This document shows positions 9,301-14,551 of a stretch of DNA of 16,143 nt, piece by piece (position 1 is the stretch's first letter; every line of letters begins with the position of its first letter). Location of the stretch: the IMG/VR virus record IMGVR_UViG_3300029373_000400, positions 1 through 16,143 of that record; one strand, written 5' to 3'. The position numbers were made by a program, and so were the translations under genes. A model generated the notes under the pieces. It worked only from the letters and a program-made list of their open reading frames with translations. It was not told the DNA's origin and ran no database searches. Source of the stretch: a virus.

Positions 9301-10258
9301 TTGGTGGCGTGATAATGGCGGTGGATTAGAATTAGATACTGCAGTTAAATATAATGGATACAACACGATAAAAACAGTTGCCGGGAACGGTATTGTAGGG
9401 AATAATGGTAATTTTTTAGAAGTTGATATGAAAAAAACATATACATATTCTGCGTTGGTTAAAGTAGTTGAATCTGATTTTACTGAAGGGAATGTATTCT
9501 ATCCTTTGCATTTTCAAAGCAGCGATACTGCCGATGGTAAAACTTTTAGTTCTGATGTAACTTCTATATCTTATAGTCAAAACGCAAAAAAGGGTGAATG
9601 GACTTTAATATATACAACATTTATACCTAAGCATAAATATATCAGACCATTTGTATGGTTTGGAAGTAAAGATAGGACTTTTAATATTGCCTATCTAAAG
9701 CTTGAAGAAGGAAATAAGCCAACCGATTGGACTCCAGCTCCTGAAGATGTAGATGAAGCAATAAATACAGAACGTACTGAGCGACAGTCCGCAATTGAGA
9801 CTAAGGCAAATGAAATTACTTCAAAGGTTAGTGAAACTTACGTATCAAATTCGGCTTTGAATCATTATAAAGAAGAAGTATCTACTCAGTTTAGCCAAAC
9901 TAAGAGCGATTTTACGTGGTCAATTAATCGAAGCGTGACCGATGCTAAAAATGAAATGAATGGTCAAATCAGCAGTGTGAATGGTAGATTGGATGGTTTA
10001 AAACAAACTGCAGATAACGTAAATAGTTATATGTCTTTTGATAACGATGCATTGACTTTAGGTAAATCAGACAGTGCATTTAAAACTAAGATTACAAACC
10101 AAGAATGGTCGATTCAAAAGAATGGTGCAAAGGTAACATATATAAACGATCAAACAATGTACATTACAGATGGACAATTTACGCAGTCTTTAAAAGTTGG
10201 TGCATTTGGATTCGTTCCAAGAGCTAATGGCTCTTTAGATTTCAAGAAAGTAGGGTGA
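6389..10258 (+). CDS. tail-associated tip protein (Tal-like minor structural protein) with coiled coil and CBM-like module
   Basis: The ORF is open from ATG 6380, but GGAGG at 6374-6378 is better spaced for ATG 6389, which overlaps the Dit stop as TAATG. The N-terminal ~380 aa resemble the phage minor structural protein / prophage tail endopeptidase N-terminal region. The motif YVHIAYANSSDGQVDFS is present, followed by a long Ala/Gln/Lys-rich coiled coil. The module ending LKLEEGNKPTDWTPAPEDV is typical of Gram-positive phage tail tips. Confidence 0.75.
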   Translation: MENTRIAVLTPYDKVLTFLDNTVTSCMHYFDETLHTYLKGSAYTFEFTTLTAHDDAAFLVEGNKLSFTRKNKGYYLTIMNVEKGGDTTNVTAYGLCLELTNEYVDAYKAPRAMSFAEYVNAYGFEQSFVIGKNEVSDKRITHEWTGSDTVLARLYSIANVFDAELEFVTQLNDDYSLKNFVLNIYRAHSDSVQGMGSDKRSTILRYPNDVYGITKTSDITELYTGIRPTGNNGLQLNSISGRVVKDSNGNILYKVQGNNILAPQSRDRFPSTLLTNHSNDMYAVLVWSYETENVETLYGQALAQLKKNCVPKVTYDVDAYIDADIGDTFTIEDAEYSPTLYLEARITEQEICFTDSEKCKTIFDNFEEKQSQISSALISEMNKMIELKKVYEGSIVSSNGVLFKTDSDSTKLTALVKDDGVDITSKYSIIWYKDDVQISTNQTITISASDVSEKAVYRFKALSGEILKASAEVTVMRLQDGQNGTSAYVHIAYANSSDGQVDFSLTDSNRKFIGQYSDSKQYGSYDPTKYRWSAIKGEDGQSFVSAEEQFYYSTSQTELIGGEWFVGNVVYQSDKFLWKRWKCTYANPSEIKYTKAIFDNTWNEIDAKIGEIHTQVSQANVQSKEAVEKATQAQIDASKANELANTANTQSSEAKQLAQDANTSTGKAQEQIDAIKGDINDSKQQIQDAVDKANANASEIDTVKETYATKVDLTTESKSIHADVTTEIEKKVGELSTTVSETYASKSDLTSIEGSLNTKIKQNADSITTQASSIEKLQSDTTQAKKDITDATKKATDAQTQADKALGNAQSAQTLADQAKKKADSAQSNLDSANKELADAKANLEAVTGRVDATESEITKAQTRLTNAESAVQKAQSDATKAQGNATTAINNAKAAQGVADNAKQKAEQAQKDLNALTNRVTTAETTIKQNSDSIKLQATQITDTGKKIDDLKIGGRNLLLQSGHWQSKPTWWRDNGGGLELDTAVKYNGYNTIKTVAGNGIVGNNGNFLEVDMKKTYTYSALVKVVESDFTEGNVFYPLHFQSSDTADGKTFSSDVTSISYSQNAKKGEWTLIYTTFIPKHKYIRPFVWFGSKDRTFNIAYLKLEEGNKPTDWTPAPEDVDEAINTERTERQSAIETKANEITSKVSETYVSNSALNHYKEEVSTQFSQTKSDFTWSINRSVTDAKNEMNGQISSVNGRLDGLKQTADNVNSYMSFDNDALTLGKSDSAFKTKITNQEWSIQKNGAKVTYINDQTMYITDGQFTQSLKVGAFGFVPRANGSLDFKKVG

Positions 10259-10262
10259 TTGA

Positions 10263-12122
10263 ATGGCAGAATTTAGTGGAAGTATACAAATCACAAGTGG
10301 TGAATGGGGAAAATATTCCATCATATTAAGATGCTCGGAAGATTCTTACTCAATAGAAAATAACACTTCTCGTGTATATTGGTGGGTTGGTATCCGTTCA
10401 AATACTCAATATCACAATCACCAAGGATTGAGCGAACACTATAAAGTGGTAGTGAATGGTTCAACAGTACACGATGCTAACCATACAGTTTCGTGTGGTA
10501 GTGGCAAAACTGTTGGAATCGCAGATGGATATACAACAGTATCGCACAATGCAGATGGTTCTAAATCAATCAGTGCTAGTGCATCATTTAGTTGTGGCAA
10601 TACAAGTTATTACGCACCTCGAACTGGTTCTTGCAGTGGTACAGTTAAATTGACAACTATTCCAAGAGCATCAAGCATATCTATTGATAGCCCTAGTATT
10701 GAATGTGGTAACACTATTAATATTAATGGTTCGAGTGCTTCAAAGAACTTTACGCATAAAATCTATGCAACATGGAATGGTAAAACAAGTGAATTAACAA
10801 CGATAAGTGGGACATTAACACCCACTTTTTCTTATACGATTCCTACCGCATGGGAAAAGGATTTGCCTAACTCGACAAGTGGAATTGTTACTTTTACATT
10901 AGAGACATTCAGTGGTTCAACATCGGTCGGTTCTAAGTCGGTAAATGCGACTATCAAAGTCAGAAGCAGTGTTGTTCCTTCGATTGACAGTATCAAAGTA
11001 ACAGATGCAAACTCAGTATGTGCAGGCATTGGTCAAATAGTTCAGTCACAGTCTAGACTGAAGTTTGCAATAACTTACAGTGGTGCGCAAGGTTCAACTG
11101 TTACATCTGTATCAACCAAATTTGAAGGACAAACATACAATGGTAGTTCATTTACAACTGGTATTGTACGAGGCAGTGGTAGCATTACCTATACAACAAC
11201 GATCTATGATTCACGTGGTAGAAGTTCACAAATTAGTGGCAAAGTAACTGTATCTGCATATAGTTCACCTAGCTTAACGAATGTGACTGCAAGACGTGCT
11301 AACTCAAGTTATACAGTTGATGAAGCAAGTGGAACGTATGCGTTATTGCACTTCAAAGTAGGATTTACTAGTTTAACTGGTAAGAATGTGACGTCATTCT
11401 ATATCCAATATCGAGCTAGTGGAGCTAGTTCATGGACGAAAATAAATTCATGGGATAACAACTATACTCTTGAGCAAGACTACAAAGCAGGTAATTTATT
11501 TACATCCGCAACAAATTCTTATGAAGTGGCATTCGGTGTTAAGGATAAGTTCATGAATGACTACTCATGGCAAATCTTTACTGTAGCACCTACTTACTCG
11601 TTAATTAACTTTGGTAAAGATGGAAGATCATTAACGTTCTTTGGTCAAGATGCTAATCAAAAAGATACGCTAACAGTATTAGGTGATATTGTAGCTCCTA
11701 TTTTCTTGAACAAGATATTTCCAGTTGGTGCGGTATATATTACATATGACAACAACAATCCAGGCAACTTCTTAGGTGGTACATGGGAGCAGTTTGGACA
11801 AGGTCGAACTTTGGTCGGAGAAGGTACTGGAAACGATGGTAGTACAAGTATGTCCTTTACAACCGAATCTACGGGTGGAGAGTATAGGCACAAGTTATCA
11901 ACAGATGAGATGCCTAGCCATAATCACAGAATACCAGACCAAGCTGATGACAATAGTTCTTTTAAAACATACGATTGGGGAGATCCTATGCTTCTAGGAA
12001 CTAAAAGAGCAACTAAAAACAAAGGCTATTGGTGGTCTATAACCGAATATGTGGGAGGTAGTAAATCACACAATAACTTACAGCCTTATGTTGTCACTTA
12101 TTTTTGGAGGCGTGTTAATTAA
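10263..12122 (+). CDS. tail fibre / baseplate receptor-binding protein, currently fused to C-terminal variant A
   Basis: 619 aa, the last structural gene. The N-terminal part has repeated beta-rich Ser/Thr modules reminiscent of DUF859-type siphovirus proteins (from memory, needs an HMM search). The C-terminus (FPVGAVYITY...GGTWEQFGQGRTLVG...GGEYRHKLSTDEMPSHNH...HNNLQPYVVTYFWRRVN) matches the Firmicute phage baseplate-protein / tail-collar-like tip domain. Confidence 0.75.
   Translation: MAEFSGSIQITSGEWGKYSIILRCSEDSYSIENNTSRVYWWVGIRSNTQYHNHQGLSEHYKVVVNGSTVHDANHTVSCGSGKTVGIADGYTTVSHNADGSKSISASASFSCGNTSYYAPRTGSCSGTVKLTTIPRASSISIDSPSIECGNTININGSSASKNFTHKIYATWNGKTSELTTISGTLTPTFSYTIPTAWEKDLPNSTSGIVTFTLETFSGSTSVGSKSVNATIKVRSSVVPSIDSIKVTDANSVCAGIGQIVQSQSRLKFAITYSGAQGSTVTSVSTKFEGQTYNGSSFTTGIVRGSGSITYTTTIYDSRGRSSQISGKVTVSAYSSPSLTNVTARRANSSYTVDEASGTYALLHFKVGFTSLTGKNVTSFYIQYRASGASSWTKINSWDNNYTLEQDYKAGNLFTSATNSYEVAFGVKDKFMNDYSWQIFTVAPTYSLINFGKDGRSLTFFGQDANQKDTLTVLGDIVAPIFLNKIFPVGAVYITYDNNNPGNFLGGTWEQFGQGRTLVGEGTGNDGSTSMSFTTESTGGEYRHKLSTDEMPSHNHRIPDQADDNSSFKTYDWGDPMLLGTKRATKNKGYWWSITEYVGGSKSHNNLQPYVVTYFWRRVN
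11848..11860 (+). repeat. crossover core A (GTATGTCCTTTAC) inside the fibre gene
   Basis: Read directly from the sequence. It spans codons S-M-S-F-T (aGT ATG TCC TTT ACa) of the 619-aa ORF and is identical to core D on the opposite strand. Confidence 0.7.
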
Positions 12123-12435
12123 TCCTCTTCCAAAGATATACGACAATATAAGGTTGTGTAATATCGAAAGACTTATTTCCACCATTTGATGTTATACGCC
12201 ATCCATACTGCGTCGTAGAATCATCTCCTACAAATCTATTTTCTGAATAAGGTTTTATTCCATATTTATCTTTTGAAACAACTCCAATGGCATCTCCGTA
12301 AAGTCCATTGTTATCCCAAAGATAATGGTTCGTTGGAACAATGGCAGGCATCATGCCGATAATATAATTTGGAATGTTTTCTCTTGATAAACATTTCTTA
12401 TAAAAACCGCCTGTTTGCTTGGCAGTATATGACAT
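12115..12435 (-). CDS. silent fibre C-terminal cassette B (106 codons, no SD or promoter)
   Basis: It begins MSYTAKQTGGFYKK, which aligns with MSFTTESTGGEYRHK of the fibre, and ends QPYIVVYLWKRIN versus QPYVVTYFWRRVN. It is convergent with the fibre gene end and overlaps it by 8 bp. No usable SD lies upstream. Confidence 0.7.
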   Translation of the reverse strand: MSYTAKQTGGFYKKCLSRENIPNYIIGMMPAIVPTNHYLWDNNGLYGDAIGVVSKDKYGIKPYSENRFVGDDSTTQYGWRITSNGGNKSFDITQPYIVVYLWKRIN

Positions 12436-12437
12436 AC
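12425..12437 (-). repeat. crossover core B (reads GTATGTCATATAC on the - strand)
   Basis: Read directly; 11 of 13 bases are identical to core A. Its ATG is the first codon of cassette B, in the same phase as in core A. Confidence 0.6.
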
Positions 12438-12454
12438 CTTTATATTTAGCTTAT

Positions 12455-12467
12455 GTATGTCTTTTAC
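12455..12467 (+). repeat. crossover core C (GTATGTCTTTTAC)
   Basis: Read directly; 12 of 13 bases are identical to core A. Its ATG is the first codon of cassette C, in the same phase. Confidence 0.65.
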
Positions 12468-12735
12468 GGCCACTAATACATATGGAAAATACAAGCACCT
12501 ACATAGTTCAGGTTCACTAGGAGTGCCAGCAACTTCTATTGCTGGTGGAGGAGGATTTGATTATATTGAAGTGAATACCGGACTAGGTGACTACAATACG
12601 AGTCATAGATTAAATGCTTCTATAAGTAAAACATCAGGCAAGCATACTGTAAGAATGCCTGTTGACGGAAACACTTATACTAGTAGCTCATTACAACCTT
12701 GCATATGTGTTTATTTTTGGAAAAGAATTAAATGA
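12457..12735 (+). CDS. silent fibre C-terminal cassette C (92 codons, no SD or promoter)
   Basis: It begins MSFTATNTYGKYKH and ends LQPCICVYFWKRIK. Its start lies within core C and there is no SD upstream. Confidence 0.7.
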   Translation: MSFTATNTYGKYKHLHSSGSLGVPATSIAGGGGFDYIEVNTGLGDYNTSHRLNASISKTSGKHTVRMPVDGNTYTSSSLQPCICVYFWKRIK

Positions 12736-13021
12736 TTCTCCGCCAAAAGAATACACATATCGATGGTTGTAATGTACTAGCATTTCCTAAATCACCGATA
12801 ATACCAGCTCCATATTCTGTATCACTAGCTGTATAGGATTTGTTTTTTGCACCGCCCACAAACCAATCGGGCTTCCAATAGTGATTTGTGTATTTAGGTT
12901 TAATGGCTATACCAGTACTATCCAAAGCTGCACAATAAAGATAATTTACTTGTGCAATTAAATCTCCAACACTATGCGTATGTGTATACTTTCCGTAATG
13001 TTCGTTTGAAGTAAAGGACAT
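12728..13021 (-). CDS. silent fibre C-terminal cassette D (97 codons from the core ATG)
   Basis: From the core ATG (13021-13019 on the - strand) it reads MSFTSNEHYGKYTHTH...LQPSICVFFWRRII. The 11 extra N-terminal codons in the ORF track (from 13054) run into the recombinase gene and are taken as an ORF-calling artefact. Confidence 0.7.
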   Translation of the reverse strand: MSFTSNEHYGKYTHTHSVGDLIAQVNYLYCAALDSTGIAIKPKYTNHYWKPDWFVGGAKNKSYTASDTEYGAGIIGDLGNASTLQPSICVFFWRRII

Positions 13022-13023
13022 AC
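13011..13023 (-). repeat. crossover core D (reads GTATGTCCTTTAC on the - strand)
   Basis: Read directly; all 13 bases are identical to core A in inverted orientation. It lies 2 bp from the recombinase stop codon (13026-13028). Confidence 0.7.
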
Positions 13024-13025
13024 AT

Positions 13026-13919
13026 TTACTTGTAATATTCACAAAGTAGCTCAACGCATTTTCTTTTCAATTCCATTTGTGGGTGGACATAAATATTCAT
13101 GGTTATCGACACGTTTGAGTGACCAAGTAACTCACTCAGCGATTTGTAGTCACATCCGCATTCAATACATCTTGTAGCGAATGTGTGACGGAGTGCGTGG
13201 AATTTACGATGTGGAAGCTCAAGGTCTTTCAATATTCGGTTGTAGTAAAGCCTATATTTATTAGGCTCTATCGGTTTATCTCGATTTGTTAATACATAGT
13301 TATTTTCTTCGCCTTGAAGAAGTATTGCATAGTGCATTATCCAACTATTGAGTGGAATCATCCGAGTACTAGAGCGTGATTTAGGTGGAGTAATGTGTAA
13401 TTGGCTACCATCTTCTTTGGTGTATGTTCGTATCATGGTTTTATCTATTTTTAACAATTTGGTTTGAGTGTTTATATCAGACCATTTCAAAGCGCATAGT
13501 TCACCTATGCGTATTCCAGTGTGGATGCATAAAAGGATTCCAAAGTTTTTACAGTTTATCTCAGATTGGAGGTGATTAATTAATGAAACTTGATGCTCTT
13601 TTTCAAAAATCTCTACCGCCGTAGGAGGATGGTAAGGTAACTGAACATCGACTTTGAACGGAAGTGTAAATTTAAGAATTTGGATAATGTCTTTGGCATA
13701 TTTAAACGATATGCCACCTTTTCCATCTTTACGACCATTTTCAAGTTTTTGAAGAATCATTTCCTGAAGAATATCATTGTTCAGTTCCTCGATTTGATAA
13801 CTGCCAAGTGATGGCAGTATGTGATTGTGGATCACATTACAATAATTTGTGTAAGTGCTGTATTTTAGATAGATTTTCTTTTCTTTTAACCAAGAATGTA
13901 ATTTGTCAGAATATAGCAT
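13026..13919 (-). CDS. tyrosine site-specific recombinase (XerC/D-sized, phage integrase family), candidate shufflon invertase
   Basis: 297 aa with an N-terminal SAM-like core-binding pattern. The catalytic signature is visible: TGIRIGEL (Arg I), PKSRSSTRMIPL (Lys hairpin), HALRHTFAT (His-x-x-Arg) and LGHSNVSITMNIYVH (His/Tyr nucleophile). SD GAGGT lies upstream on the - strand. Confidence 0.9.
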   Translation of the reverse strand: MLYSDKLHSWLKEKKIYLKYSTYTNYCNVIHNHILPSLGSYQIEELNNDILQEMILQKLENGRKDGKGGISFKYAKDIIQILKFTLPFKVDVQLPYHPPTAVEIFEKEHQVSLINHLQSEINCKNFGILLCIHTGIRIGELCALKWSDINTQTKLLKIDKTMIRTYTKEDGSQLHITPPKSRSSTRMIPLNSWIMHYAILLQGEENNYVLTNRDKPIEPNKYRLYYNRILKDLELPHRKFHALRHTFATRCIECGCDYKSLSELLGHSNVSITMNIYVHPQMELKRKCVELLCEYYK

Positions 13920-13957
13920 TTTTGTTTACCTCGCTTTTTTTATATTAATAGGAGGAT

Positions 13958-13985
13958 TTTATATGACTAAGGTTCATGAAATCAA
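13958..13985 (-). promoter_or_regulatory. possible sigma-A type promoter for the recombinase gene
   Basis: The - strand reads TTGATT, then 16 nt, then TATAAA, roughly 40 nt upstream of the recombinase ATG. This is a by-eye match only. Confidence 0.25.
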
Positions 13986-14211
13986 TTTAAATACAAAGTT
14001 ATGGAATTTCTTTACGGAACATGACTTTATTATTCTTGATTTGACAGATAAACAAATCAATGAACAAGATTACGTGTTATTCAAACAAGTGTCTTTAGAT
14101 GAAGGAAAAGAAACTGATACAGGTTTGTTTAGAATGACACAAATTCGTAGCATCACAACTAACGATGGTTTCAAAGATGGTTATGTGATGTTAAACGTAA
14201 CTAAATTATAG
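13963..14211 (+). CDS. small hypothetical protein, possibly ASCH/DUF3850-like
   Basis: AGGAGGA at 13950-13956 is correctly spaced for ATG 13963, so the 13903 start in the ORF track (which overlaps the recombinase start) is unlikely. The pattern HEINLNTKLW.F......FIILDL....QDYVLFKQ...TG....MTQIRSI....GFKDGYVMLNV loosely recalls DUF3850. Confidence 0.4.
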   Translation: MTKVHEINLNTKLWNFFTEHDFIILDLTDKQINEQDYVLFKQVSLDEGKETDTGLFRMTQIRSITTNDGFKDGYVMLNVTKL

Positions 14212-14218
14212 ATATTGC

Positions 14219-14244
14219 GGAGTCTAGAAATAGGCTCTTTTTTA
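14219..14244 (+). terminator. rho-independent terminator
   Basis: Stem GGAGTCTA (14219-14226) pairs with TAGGCTCT (14231-14238), including G-U pairs. The loop is GAAA and a T-run follows. Confidence 0.5.
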
Positions 14245-14267
14245 ATAAGTCTAATAGGAGGATCAAT

Positions 14268-14540
14268 ATGAATTTAGATTTTACACAAGTTACAAATTAT
14301 TTTGTTTTAGTTGTTTTGGTAGCGTGCTTAGTTGTCGGATATATTTTAAAAACATCATTTACAAGTTTCCCTAATAAATATATTCCAACAGTGCTTGCTT
14401 TAATTGGAATGACATTAAATCTAGCGGTATCAGGTCTTTCAATTGAAAGTGCCGTATATGGAGCGGTGATGGGATTGGCATCTACCGGACTGCATCAGGC
14501 ATTTACACGTTTCATTGAAGGCAAACACGAAGATGAATAG
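14268..14540 (+). CDS. holin (Hol44 / phage_holin_5-like)
   Basis: 90 aa with SD AGGAGG, hydrophobic helices and a charged C-terminal tail (KHEDE). The NKYIPTVLALIGM motif is recalled from Hol44-type holins. It lies upstream of the endolysin. Confidence 0.75.
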   Translation: MNLDFTQVTNYFVLVVLVACLVVGYILKTSFTSFPNKYIPTVLALIGMTLNLAVSGLSIESAVYGAVMGLASTGLHQAFTRFIEGKHEDE

Positions 14541-14551
14541 GGTGTTGGATT

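Larger units (their letters stand above)
11848..13023. other. shufflon-like multi-inversion region (two invertible segments, four alternative fibre C-termini)
   Basis: Four copies of a 13-bp core lie in the orientation pattern +,-,+,-. They bound convergent pairs of paralogous C-terminal coding cassettes, and a tyrosine recombinase gene abuts the distal end. Confidence 0.75.

Noticed and set aside
777-11893. Many 60-130-aa ORFs lie antisense or out of frame within large genes (for example 777-1061 -, 1352-1606 -, 2439-2834 -, 3021-3371 -, 3743-3925 +, 4155-4391 -, 5007-5237 -, 5709-5927 -, 5879-6094 +, 7297-7536 -, 8070-8294 +, 10456-10653 +, 10832-11029 -, 11657-11893 -, 11776-11997 +, 15646-15903 -).
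   Set aside because: They are fully nested in long, well-supported coding regions, lack SD sequences, and have low-complexity or odd composition. These are shadow ORFs typical of AT-rich DNA.
11848-13023. Gin/Cin/Hin-type serine invertase system with 26-bp gix/hix-like sites and an enhancer.
   Set aside because: No serine recombinase ORF (resolvase/invertase N-terminal Ser motif plus HTH) is present in the window. The only recombinase has the R-K-H-R-H-Y tyrosine signature.
12728-13054. The 108-aa ORF starting at 13054 overlaps the 3' end of the recombinase gene.
   Set aside because: Homology to the fibre tip starts at the core ATG (13021). The 11 upstream codons have no counterpart in the other cassettes, no SD, and lie inside the recombinase coding region. 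They are treated as an ORF-calling extension.
10263-13054. Diversity-generating retroelement as the source of tip variation.
   Set aside because: There is no reverse transcriptase ORF and no template/variable repeat pair with adenine-specific differences. The cassettes differ throughout and in length.
13026-13919. The recombinase could be the prophage lysogeny integrase, with attP nearby.
   Set aside because: This is not excluded but is less likely. The gene is embedded between the fibre and lysis genes rather than at the genome end, it abuts the cassette array, and its adjacent 13-bp core is repeated four times in inversion-competent orientation. Settling this needs the whole genome.
13903-13962. 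The 13903 start of the 102-aa ORF overlaps the recombinase start codon.
   Set aside because: A strong AGGAGGA at 13950-13956 is correctly spaced for ATG 13963. The upstream 20 codons are hydrophobic filler with no SD.
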